DNA of 64,000 nucleotides from Schmidtea polychroa (Eukaryota), in NCBI GenBank assembly GCA_044892525.1, contig CM097885.1, forward strand, positions 47,803,727 through 47,867,726, given 5' to 3'. Shown here piece after piece: positions 48,550 to 61,733 of this stretch. Position 1 is the stretch's first letter. Each line of letters opens with the position of its first letter. A program made the position numbers and the translations under genes. The notes under the pieces are model-generated. The model saw nothing but the letters and a program-made list of their open reading frames with translations, was not told the DNA's origin and did no database searches.

Positions 48550-49339
48550 CAATATAATTTGTAATTCATTTATTTATAATTGATGGTGGTTGGTTTTCGA
48601 AGAGTAATTAAATCCATGGCACAGAAAAAATATAATGATTTGTTTTAATTGTGCATATTTGATTAAAAAATCGATTTTACAATAATCTAAAATACAAATT
48701 CGAATAAATCTATTACAACTTTCAATCTCATTGATGTTGTGCAGTGAAAGTCAATCTCAGATTTCAAGATTCATTGTACAATATTTATGAAGCAAATAAA
48801 AAACGATAGTCGGAAATTCTTTGATTGTATTTGTTGAAATGAGTTTAATTTTTATTTTGTATTTTATTGAATAATTTAATAATTATTAAGTTAACAAAAG
48901 TTTTCAATTGTTTGACATGTTTTATTCAAATGATTTATTTTATTTTCTTTGGATAGGATTTATTTTATTAGATTAAATTAAGAAAAAATTAAATACAGTC
49001 AAACTCCAATTCTAACAATACCAATGGAAATATTTTAATAGATATCTGTCAATTTTCGGTTAGCAAAATTTTGATACAATGATCAAATGAAATATTTGAT
49101 AAAATTTTATAATGTTTTTTACGGAACCAGTACCGAGCTGTTTTTCAACATGCATAAGGGGTTTTCATAAATATAATAAAATATGCAATGTAAATGTTGC
49201 GACCTGATACAAAATGAAATTTTGGGTTCCACACAGGCACGAATATAATTGTAGAACGATATCGGCCGTTCCTGAGCCTTTATTGGGCTTAAAATAAATT
49301 ACTATACCTCAACAACAGTATTTCCAAATAAATTCAGTC

Positions 49340-49870
49340 AAAAATGAACTTATCAGTTATTCAACCCTTTCTTTCTTTTGATTTCTAACTTGAATTCATT
49401 GTGAAATGATTTCATATTCTGAATATCAATACTTGTTTCCTCTTCAACAAAACACTATTTTTGACAAAAGGTTCCATGTAGAAATCCATTTTTACACAAA
49501 AAACTATAAGACTTGTGGTCTTCCGTGTTGATTCTCGAACCTGAAATTACATACATACAAATAATTGGAATAATGTATCTTCCGAAACTCCTGTAATATT
49601 CGGTTTGCATTCTAGAATACAAATAACGCCGATAACGCAAATAACGACCTTCCACAGTGACTTTTACATTTAAAATGTTACATGGTTTCATCAACTTGCA
49701 CAATTTTATCAAGCAACCTTTTTTCCATTACGCTAAATTTTCCTTTTTCATCAACTTGATAATATGAGAAATTAGTTAGCTTATTATTCATCATCCAATT
49801 AAGAATCTCAAAGTAAGTCTTTTTTACTAAGCGCTCCTTCAACAACTCAGTATTCATTAATGGCATAAAA
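49340..49870 (-). pseudogene. Degraded Merlin (IS1595/ISXO2-like) transposase fragment
   Basis: Fragments read IVQVDET, then KCKSHCGR in a shifted frame, then IIPII..VISGSRINTEDHKSY..L...GFLH and FVEEET..IQN.KSF..EFK, following ISXO2 DDE motif order. Confidence 0.6.
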
Positions 49871-49888
49871 TCATATAATTAATAAATA

Positions 49889-50088
49889 CCGTATATACTC
49901 ATATATACGCCGATCCGCATATAAGCATATATTCTGTATATTAATTTAAAAAATATTAATTAACATTTAATATAAATTAATTATTGAACCATAATTATTT
50001 TAATTAAAAGTAGGTTCGCGTATAAGCTGACCCATCAATTTGGGGAAAAAAATTAATCCAAAATTACTCGGCCTATACGCGAGTATAT
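49889..50088. mobile_element. Small pogo-like MITE remnant
   Basis: CCGTATATACTCATATATACGCCGA pairs imperfectly with TCGGCCTATACGCGAGTATAT. Confidence 0.5.
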
Positions 50089-52466
50089 TCATTTATTAAA
50101 TTTAAAATTTAAAAATATAATATATTTTACTAACAATTTACATTTTTTAAAGGCCGCATCAATTTTAAATTAAAACTGGGATTCATGCTAAAATATTATA
50201 ATTGTTTTATTAACAACATTATTATTCATTTATATAAAAAATAATTTTTATAATCGTTATTAATTTTATAATGATAATCTTAAAAATAATAATAATTTTT
50301 AATTTTTCTGGCTCTCATGTCTGCAAATTAGTCTTGAAATTTTGTTTAAGTCAGAAATTTATACAAACGAATTAAAATATTTTTTTAATTTTTAAGTATA
50401 ATTTAAACAAAAATCTTAACAGGTCAATTATATATTTCGCTTTTTAATATATTCAATATTAACAAATTATACCAATTAAGTAAATGAATTTATATTAATT
50501 ATTATTTGTAAAAATATTTTCTCTAAAAAAGTGATGATAAATTTAAGGAAAAATATCAGTGTATTCTTCCAACAGATTTTTCAATATCTGGCGAAGTTTT
50601 AAAAAGCTCTCCCCGCAATAACTACCAACAGTAATACCCGCCACTCCATATACCAGCAACAACAATAATACCATTGCGAAATTCCTGTCAATTTTCTGAT
50701 CTTCAGAAAACAATTGTTTTGGTTGCTTTTCTTTTATTTAAATTATAATTTATTTTGGATCGAGCCTGAAAATATTTTGTAATTTTAGACTTACTTTCCA
50801 ATTACTTAAATTAATCTTAAATTCAATCATATGATCATTTATAATTAAATAATATTTCATATAAAATTCTGAAAACTATTTCTAAATAATGACTTAATTT
50901 AATAAAATTGTACAGTAAAAAGAAAATCATGTCAATGAAAATTTTGAATTAGGGCGTTCTTAATCACATATAAACCAAAAACCATTAAACGATTTACTAG
51001 GTAAAATATGAAGAAAATATATATTCTCTATTTGGTTTACTTTCAATATGAAAATTATTTTTTCACTATTTTTTTAACAATGGAGATATTTTTTGTTTTT
51101 TTTTTCATTGAATGTTTTTTATTGAATTTCATTAATCTTTACAAGTTCATTTAAAATAAAATAGGAATCGTTCGAACAACCTTAACTGGCAATCAAAAAC
51201 GAGTTAAAATAAAAATCAATTTCTTTCGAAAATCGGGTAAAAAAACAAAAAGGATTGAACCATAAATCACCAATTTTTTAATGATTTCATTTATCTTCAT
51301 TCAGTTTTCTAGTATAGATCAATGGTTTCAATTTAACACAAATTTTCGGTACTGTCTTTTTATTATAAAATGAAATAACACTTGAAAAAAAAGAAAAAGC
51401 CAGTGCTAAAAATTTGTAAGCCCGGTTCCGATCAACAGTGGTAGAGAGAAAGTTTCGTTGTCAGTTTTTGTTCAATAAATAATTCCCATCGTAAATAAGC
51501 GTTTAAATCTAAATTAATTAAATTAATAATTTTTTAAATCTACAATAATATCCATAAAATGAAACAAAAAATTATCTAAAATTAAGTTTTTCGAAATATT
51601 TCTTTACGTTGGAGGTTTTTTTCTGCTGTTGATATTTTTACAAAGACCCGAGATACATTTTTCAGAGTTCTAAATTGTCCGAATCTAAATTCAGTTGTTC
51701 ACTCTTTTTTATTGTTATTTAATAATTGCAAATGTTAATATCAATTAATAATGAAAATAAAAGTTTAATTAAATTACAAAAAAAATTAATTTTTAAGTAA
51801 TGCAATATTTAATAATAAAAAACTATTGATACAAATCTTAGCATACAAATTTCACAAAACCAGAGGCTGTTTTCAAGGAAATTTTTGCAAATGATGTCTA
51901 AGAATCCTAACTGATTTGTTGAATTCACACTTGACTGAAGAATCTTATGCTCTTAATCAATTTCTCAAACCGAATAATGCTTAGTTGACCCAAGATTGTT
52001 AAGAATAAGGAGCACAAATTTAAAAAGGAAAAAAAATCCTAAGCAAAATACGTGCATTCAAGCGCGAATCGTGAATTGTTAAAGCTCAATTATGGAATGA
52101 CTTATTAACCGGTATGATCGAGAGAAAATATGCTAATTCATTAAAACAAGCCCTGGTAACGTGTACCGCTACAACAACTCACCAACTTTACAAAAGCCTA
52201 TCAAATTACCCTCATTAGCAATTCTAGATGAACCTGTAACTGCATTGTAACACAGCTACACAGTTTAGCATCACTTTCACTCTATATTCTCGAGCTCTCG
52301 ACGTATCCATCGTATTCAACAGGTCTCTTCGTGTGACAGACAGTAACTTTACGTAAGTGTATGTATGTGTATGTGTGTCTGTTTGCATATCTGAAATGAT
52401 TGTTGCTGTGATGGGTTCGGAAATAACCCATCGCAATAAAAATGTGATTTTTTTAAATAGAAAACT

Positions 52467-52679
<213 letters not shown>

Positions 52680-54699
52680 TTAAAACGAATAATAAAAATA
52701 TTTCAGCTATTTTGTGTCTACATTGTTTCCTATGTGATTGTGTTTGCATATTTATTGCACCTGTTATCCCAAATCGAGCTGATTATGTACCAGGAGCAAA
52801 CAACCCCCCTCCGAACAATGTTAGCAAATTAATGTTTAATTAATCACCTATTAATGAAACTTGAACCCATCATCGACTGTTCTTGGCATTTAAGATGTGT
52901 GAGTTAATAAATATCGGTTTTTTAGGTGTTATTATTGAATGATATAATAATTTACTTGGCGGAAATATGAAATCTGATAACGTTAATCAATCTCAAACAA
53001 AAGTGCTTATTTCAATAAATAAATTGAAAAGAATCTTTGAAAATCGATGAAAGTAAAGAAATTCCAAATTTCTGAAATGGATCTTGTTTATTGCAGTGTA
53101 TCAGATTAATGAATTTATTTTTCTAGAAATTTGGTAATAAAATAAAAATAAAATATCGATTTTCACTTTATAATTGATTTGCTTTAATCTTCATTTGTTT
53201 TTCATTTTCGATTTTTAATATTATCTCTCCAATTTGTTTTAATTATCGATTTTTTTCTTCATTTATTTTTATTTTCAATTTTTTTCAGATTATCGATTAA
53301 CATTTTGTTTTATAATTAAAACGAATTTTCAGCACAACATTTATTCAAGGATTGGCATTGTATTATTCGATTTATGGAAATCATTGAAATCTAACTGAAA
53401 CCTTTCATTGATAATTTGTGTTTATGATGTGAAATTATTCAAAATGAAGTCATTTAGATTCAATAATAAATACATATGTCATTGAAGAATACAAATGATT
53501 ATTTTTTTTATATTTAAATTAGCAAATTAATATATAAAAAATTTACATTAATTCGATAAATTTGCAAATTTAAAAACATGATATGGTTAATTCGACAAAT
53601 AAAATAATTCTCTTTTGCCAGGACCGTTTTTAAGAGACAAGTTTTAAAATGGAGATATTTCTTCTTTTGTCGTGTTGTATGATACAAAAATCTCCTTATC
53701 CTTCTACTAAATTAACCTTTTGGTTAAGGGCTACGTATATTTGCATTTTTAGTAATTTCATTGAGTACGGGTTCCATTTATATACAAACACTATTTTTAT
53801 AGTGAAAACGAGTATATATGAAAATTGGAAAGTTATCATTACTAATTTGAGCGATTGCTTTAAATTATTTATTTATCAAAGAAAATGTTACGTGAGAAAA
53901 AAAATACAAAAATGGATTCAAAATATCAATGTGTTCAGGGCCGGGTTTCCCTTTAATGCGAAATTCGCAATTGCCGACGGCGCCGAAGAGTTAGGAGCAC
54001 CCGAAAAAAACTGTTACAAAATAATTTTTTTAAAGTTAATTATATTGTATTATATGGATTTTTATTTTTTTCTTTCTAAAAATTTTTCTTAATTCATTAC
54101 AAAATCAATGTATGTATTTATTTTCATTTGATGATATAGGTATACTCAGTGGCGGATCACCCTTTAGGCGCAATAAGCGCGCTTGGAGCCTCAAGACGTT
54201 ACTTGGCTTACAGTTATGCCTACAAATCGACGAAATTCTGGAGTATTTTTTTCTATACAATAATCATAAATTTCAGTAGAAGTAGAAAAGAAGTAGATCT
54301 GTAGACAATAAGGACTGGATTTACCATTAGGCTTCAGCCTAGGGCCTTTATCCGAGTAGTCTGAAATTAGCCATTAAATTTTATGCTAAAAAATAAGTAC
54401 CATTAAACATTCGAACACTTAAACTGACTTATTGCGTTTTTTATATTGCGCTCACTACTAAAAGAACCGATTTATATTTTTATTCACGCTCACGAATATG
54501 ATCCTTACAATAATAATTACAATATAAACTATGCTAATCACGACATATTACATTTAACAAATTGACATATAATAGTATCGAAGTATTTGTATTTTATTAT
54601 TTGAATTATTTTTATTTTGTTTTATTATCAAAAATTAGAAATATGAGGTGGAACTTCCAAGTATTTTGTGGGAAAAAATATAGTACAAACCCTCTAAAA

Positions 54700-56167
54700 G
54701 ACTTTGTCACTGCAAGCACAATTCTATTATATTTCTTTTTTTTTCGCTGTATTTCAGAATCAAAATTTTATTGTGTGAAAGTAAATGACACCAAAGAATT
54801 TCGTCAATGGTTGTTATATTCTGGAACAAGTAAATGTGTATATTGTTATGCGAGTAGACTGTTATGCAATCCCAATCAAAGTTTTCAAAAGGATTCAACG
54901 ACTGGAGAAATCTAGCTCTAAACTTAAAAAAACAATTATCTTCCAAAGACCATTTCAAATCAATGTTAACTCTCCAAAAACGATTATCAATTGTTGGACG
55001 TATCGACACGCACTTGGAAAAGCAAATTTATGCAGAAAAGAATTATTGGCGAGACATTTTAAAACGAATCATTGCTAGTGTGAAATTATTGTTGAGTTTG
55101 GGAAAAGCATTTTGCGGCCACAGAGAAGGTACAGATTCAAATCGAAAGGGAAATTCCTTAAGTTGTATTGAATATCTTGCTGAATTCGATAGTATATTAA
55201 AAGTTCATTTGCAAAAGTTCAATACTCCAGGTAGAGGCATCATGAATTATTTATCGCACACCGTATGTGATTAATTTATAAGTTTAATGAGTATAGAAAT
55301 AGTATTTAATTTCTGAAGTTCAAGAAGCCATTTATTACTCCATTATTGTAAACTCTACTCCCAATATAACTCATATAGACCTTTCATGTAGACTTTTATT
55401 TTTATCCTTTTATAATTATCCTAACATATGATAATGCTGCAAATATGGCTGGTAAATACAGCGGATTTCAAGCAAGAATAAAACATCATGTTGATACAGC
55501 AAAATTTGTACCATGCGCTAGCGATACCTTAACTTTAATAGGAAATTGTTCCGTGGAATCCTGCTTTGGCGCATTGCATTTTTTAGACTTTGTTCAAAAT
55601 TTTTACGTATATTTCTCATCTTCTACTCGGCGTTGGAATATACTTATAAATCTTATGCCACATTCTCAACATCAACATATTAAAAGAATAGCTGACACTA
55701 GATGGGCATCAAGAGCAGATGGAGTTTCAACATTAAAAACAAATTATTAAAGAAGTCTTAATTCAAATTAGTATGGCTGTCAATGAAAACCAGTGAGCCA
55801 ATTGGAGGCAAAGAAATTGTCAGAATATTTTAATAAATATGAAACAGCTTTGATAACAGTTTTATGGGATGAATTGTTAGAACGAATAAATAGTACCAGC
55901 AAATCATTGCAAAACATGCAGTACAATTTATTGTTAGGGACAAATATTCAGAAGATATCATGAATGTCAGAAACAAATTTGATGAAATTGAGAACGATGC
56001 CAATTTGCTAACAGAAAACCGAAAATACAAGGATACTAGAATTAAAAGAAGAAAATTGCAATTTGAAGAAACAACTCACAATGAGACACATTTTACCACT
56101 AAACAACATTTTGTCATAAATGTACATAATGTAATCTGTGACGCACTCATATCTGAAGCATCTAGAA
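54700..56167 (+). pseudogene. Degraded hAT transposase (ZMYM1/DUF4371-like); resumes after the nested insertion at ~57529
   Basis: Frameshifted fragments KGFNDW, AFCGHRE...GN, YDNAANMAGKYSGFQARI, FVPCA and DTRWASR. Confidence 0.85.
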
Positions 56168-57520
56168 CAGGGTTTACCAAACTTTTTCAGCGATGGAACA
56201 CTTGGCAAATCCGAAAATTTTGGCGGAACACTTAGCTTATTTTTTAGGTTGGGTAATTCATAATAGTATAAATAAAAATAAAAAATGTTATTAAAGAAAT
56301 ATCAGCGAATCAGATAAAAACAATCCCATCTACCACATCTTTTTCATGCACACAGGATGAGAGATAGTCTTTCTCCCTCATTAAAAAATATTGGCACTTG
56401 TTAAAGACTTTTATTGCTGTACCCAACTTTTAGGTACTAAAAATCTTCGCCTTCTCTTAACGTCATAAAACTCAATGAAGTTTAATCATCACTCGTCCTT
56501 CATTATGAAGTAGAATATGCGGCCTTAACAATATCTATATACCTATTATACTATATTATATTATATTATACGATATTATATTATATATATAAATGCGCGG
56601 TCACCAGCGACTAAGGACCAAACAGAACACAATAACAGTCAATCAAAATTCGTGCGATCAGCTAATACTTCTACTTATCAATCAGGCTCTATTAATCAAT
56701 CTCAGAAGAGTAAAGCAAATTCGATGCCATGTTATCATGATCAAGAGTAACTGTATACGGCTCCCAATAGTTTTAGTGTTGGCTCTCATAGACCAACACC
56801 CTCATCCATTACAATTCGCGAAATACGGAACAAATCCTAACAATAATATAAAAACCTAAATTTGTTTATTTTGCATTTATTTATTAGTAATTGACTATTT
56901 GAAATTCTTACGCGAACTTTATAAAATCGTTAAGCTTTTTAAATTATATATTTTTAAAAATCTGTTTATTTTTTATCGAATGATATATTTTTTGTTTTAC
57001 TTAGATCTGTAAATTTTTGTATTTCAAATTAAAAATTTTGGAATTTAAAATAAAACTTGTAGTGGATTAATTCAATTTATTATTTACGTTTAATTAAGCC
57101 ATGAATAAAATTGGGAAAATTGCATTGAAGAATTCATCATTATTTTTGTGTGATAGGCAAGAAAAGTTTGCGGATTCAATAACCTATTTTAATGAAAGTG
57201 TTCCTGTTTCTAATCGAATGTCAAAAGCCGCTAAATTACCGGGTACAACAGTCTTTCTCCCTCATTAAAAAATATTGGCACTTGTTAAAGACTTTTATTG
57301 CTGTACCCAACTTTTAGGTACTAAAAATCTTCGCCTTCTCTTAACGTCATAAAACTCAATGAAGTTTAATCATCACTCGTCCTTCATTATGAAGTAGAAT
57401 ATGCTCAATTTTCTAAATTTACTCCAAATTTTTGCGAAATATCTATTTAGGCTCCACGAAACACTTATTTTGAATCCGTGGAAGACTGGTGTTCCGCGGA
57501 CCATAGTTTGGGAAACCCTG
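56168..57520. mobile_element. Charlie-like non-autonomous hAT element nested in the hAT transposase
   Basis: TIR CAGGGTTT(A/C)CCAAACT with a perfect 8-bp TSD ATCTAGAA at 56160-56167 and 57521-57528. Contains a ~155-bp internal direct repeat (56366-56521 and 57250-57403). Confidence 0.9.
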
Positions 57521-57663
57521 ATCTAGAAGATGCGCCATTTACAGTGATGTACTAAAGGATTTTCAAATAATTTTCAACTTTAAAATAGCTGACGTTGAAT
57601 TTAACAAATGTGTGGAAAGCATAACTGCAAAATTTAAAAAAGATGTTGACAATAGGTATTTTA

Positions 57664-59008
57664 CAGTGGCGTAGCTACCATATAGCAAGATTAAGCAATG
57701 CATAGGGGCCACAAGACAGGGGGCCTTTTTTCCAAGTTTCCTTAATTTTCTTCAGAAAACAATTTCAAACAACGGCACGGTCGGCACCAGTCAACAGGGA
57801 CATCCAAATGATCGATTTGTCATTTTATGTAATAAAGCTCCACTGTTTTGTTTACTTATTGCATTAAGTACATTATTTACATGCATTTTACCTATTTATG
57901 CAATCCCATCTGTCTCTCCCCCGCTAATAATATACTGTATATGCAAGCAACTTTAGTTATCTAAGTAAATCGCCCATTCATATAGGGTCGAAAAAATTGT
58001 TTCGCTTGTCGCCGATACATTCGTAAGCGACTTGTTGCAGTGCTTCTTTAATGCAGCCCAGCGAGATGTAAATGAAGAGAAAAAATTGAAGAGCGTTTGA
58101 AATTTCACGAAATAGTCGTTTGATTGAGTACAGCATAATGTTGCATGATTTCCTACCAAATTAAGTGTATGATTGCCACAAGGAGAGAACATAAATTCAG
58201 AATTTGCCTCTTTAAGCCAAGCTTGAACGCCAATATTTATTGACTTGCATTGTCAAAACTTTCCATTTTCATACCTTTTGTTCACTTCTTTTAGTATTAA
58301 AATTTATTGAAATTAATTTTTATCAAATAGAAGCACAAACAATATAAACAAACTTTAATTCAGTTTAACAACGACAATTTTAAATTTAAAACTTCAATGA
58401 GAAATTTTCGAAATATTTCAAGCTGTTTCATTTCATTTTTTAGTAGAGAAATTTTACTGAAATTTAAAATATTCTTTCGAATTCCACGCTAGTTGGGTTT
58501 AAATTATGGGCCCCAATATCATATGATTAATAAACGGATATTTTTAAAAATATTTTTAAAAATCTCTTATTCGTGGATTTTAATAACGATCAAGCAATTT
58601 TAAATGACGAATTCCTAATCTTAGATCAATCTGATTTATTTAAAAACATGTTAGATTGATATATAAGAGCAAAGAAGTTATATCATTAGTCCATTTTCAA
58701 ATTGTTGAATTTTTAAAAAATAATTTTTGTTTCCAAAAAAATTTCTTCGAATAAAATTTTGAAGATTTGGGGCCTGGGGCCAGCTTGTCGGCTATACACA
58801 TTTGTAACTGATACATTACTATCATTTATAACGATTTATATTGTTATATTGTATATTGAGCTCTATTTATTTAATTAAATCGTCTTTCCAAAGAGGACCC
58901 AAAAAATGTTTTGCCTGCAGCGCAAAACTCCTCTGTAACTATAAGCCCTTCTTTCAATTAACACTCTCCTCTCCCCCTTAAAAAATCTTGGGCAGGCCTA
59001 CGCCACTG
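57664..59008 (-). mobile_element. hAT remnant with a transposase fragment
   Basis: TIR CAGTGGCGTAG / CTACGCCACTG with a degenerate TSD; ORF 57953-58192 reads FSPCGNHTLNLVG...FFSSFTSRW. Confidence 0.7.
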
Positions 59009-59229
59009 GTCTCATACCGCACAAAATAAACAATGTGTTCCATCAAATTTTCGAGAGTTACGAAGTGTGCCGTCGCAGGAAAAGTTTAGGAAACCCTGGT
59101 CTAATTCAATTGTGCTTCCAAAGGGGCCGAAAGTATATGGATTGGGCACCGCTGGCACAGGGCACCGCTAGCACAGTACCCCCCCCCCGGTCGTAAAATT
59201 TTTAAAAATTCTAAGTCTAAAAGTACATT

Positions 59230-59845
59230 TTTTTCAAGGTCAAATTTAAACAAAGACATATGACTCATCAAGGTCATTGAAACAAAGACCATGACTCATC
59301 CTATGCCTCATCAAGGCATTTCCAAGGTCATATGACTCATAATATGACCATCAAGGACAAAAAATTTTCAAGGTCATTTAAACAAAGACAATGACTCATC
59401 ACGGTCATTTCCAAGGTCATATGACTCATACTATGACTCATCAAGGCCATTTTCAAGGTCATATGCCTCATCCGATGAGTCACAAAATTTTTCAAGGTCA
59501 TTTAAACAAAGACCATGACTCATTCAAGGTCATTCTCAAGGTCGCATGACTCACCCAAGGTCATTTTCAAGGTCATATCACTCATTCAAGGTCATTCTCA
59601 AGGTCATATGACTCATAGTATGACTCATCAACAATTTTTCAAGGGCATTCTCAAGGTCATATGACTCATACCATGACTCATCAACAATTTTCAGGGTCAT
59701 TTTCAAAGTCATCTGAGTCATCATATGAGTCATCAAGGTCATTTTCAAGGTCGCATGACTCATCCAAGGTCATTCCCAAGGTCATGTGAGTCATCGCGAT
59801 GAGTCATCGCGGTGAGTCATCGCGATGAGTCATCAAGGTCATATT
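59230..59845. promoter_or_regulatory. Subterminal array of TGA(C/G)TCA and (T/C)CAAGGTCA motifs
   Basis: Roughly 20 AP-1-type and 17 YCAAGGTCA motifs counted by eye in ~600 bp. Confidence 0.6.
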
Positions 59846-59998
59846 ATTATTTTTAAAAATATTATTATTTTTATTATTATTTTTAAAAAATATTATTATT
59901 TTAATTTTGATCTTTTCAAAGTTCCCGTCAACGAAAATTAATAATCGATAGCTCATTTTAAAGCTCAATCCAAGACCTTTCGAATGAGCTATATATCG

Positions 59999-60096
<98 letters not shown>

Positions 60097-60300
60097 GTAT
60101 TAATCTATATACACCGAGTCTATATACTCCGAGTCTATCCGACAAAATATTTTGTCCCCCTATGGGTAATGCTCACAAGGGTACTGGTCACGCTCAACAA
60201 CTCACAAATCAACAAATCAACCAAACATACATTTATTTAAACAATAAAATAATGTAAAATTAACAAAGGTAAACTAAATATTGATGTACTACTATTTGTC

Positions 60301-60935
60301 TTACATGTATATAGTATGATATTCATTAATCAGTGTTGAACAGGCTTGACACTTGCAAACATTCTTCTCGTGACACTTAGAACAAACCATTACGTGACCA
60401 CACGGTAAATACAAAACCGAAACTCGATTTTCTTTACAAATTGAGCAAGTTAAATACCTTTTCTTAACATCATTCAGTTTTTTCGTTAGCTTATTTTCAA
60501 TCAAATCGGCTTTCGCTATCCATTCATAAATCAATCTACTATATCCAGGTTTCAACCTTAAATACATACAACTCCAAAAGTATTCATTCAGTGAATCGTT
60601 GTTTACTGCTATTTTTTCTAAGTATATTAAATAACAAGATAACTTTAAAATGGATTTCTCATAATTAAATAAATCAAACAAATATTCAATAGAGGAATGT
60701 TTGAAAATTTTTAAAATATTTATGATTTGCTTATCACTGTAAGTATCATGATTATTTATAAAATCTTCAACTGTGTTGTTAAAAAATTTCAATGAAATTT
60801 CAGAATAGGTTGGACTTAATTTTTCCTTATTTCTAGTAGGACTTCCTTGCTATAAATGACATATAAAAAATATTGACAAAATAATAAAGTTACCAAATGT
60901 GTTACACATTCATCAGTTTTATTTGTAGAAATCAT
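60301..60935 (-). CDS. IAP-type C-terminal RING-HC protein, 196 aa (exons 60935-60894 and 60849-60301), no BIR domain seen
   Basis: C-terminus CSICKEN...YLPCGHVMVCSKC...CQAC...HTIYM. A 44-nt phase-0 intron gives the start MISTNKTDECVTHL; TATAAAT upstream. Confidence 0.75.
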
Positions 60936-61094
60936 TAGTAAAAAATTTCTTAATAACTAAATTACTTTTGTTTTTACATTTATAAAAATTGTGATAGCCA
61001 ATCAAAATAGAGCTTTCAAAATGTAGAAATTGTAACCATCAAATGTATAACAATAATAAAAAGCATGACTAGTACCCTTGCAACCTGTTTAAAG

Positions 61095-61173
<79 letters not shown>

Positions 61174-61274
61174 ATTATTATTAATATTATTAATATTATT
61201 ATTATTATTAATATTTATATTATTATTATTATTATTATTATTAATATTATTATTATTATTAATATTATTATTAA

Positions 61275-61335
<61 letters not shown>

Positions 61336-61433
61336 ATTATTATTAATATTATTAATATTATTATTATTATTAATATTTATATTATTATTATTATTATTAT
61401 TATTAATATTATTATTATTATTAATATTATTAT

Positions 61434-61464
<31 letters not shown>

Positions 61465-61733
61465 ATTATTATTATTATTATAGTCATCGATATAGCTGCA
61501 TGCTCACTGCAGACTATATAAAAATCACCATTAGATATAAAAATTATAATAAAACAACAAATACTTGAAAAAATTAAAAAAAATCTGATTACAAATTTTT
61601 ATTCAATATGTATATATATAAATACAAGTTTTATACAAGTTATAATACAAGTTATAATACAAGTTTTTTATACAAGTTTTGTAAATCAAAATAAAAGTTT
61701 CTATACAATTTTCACAATTTTCAGTTGTCCTAT

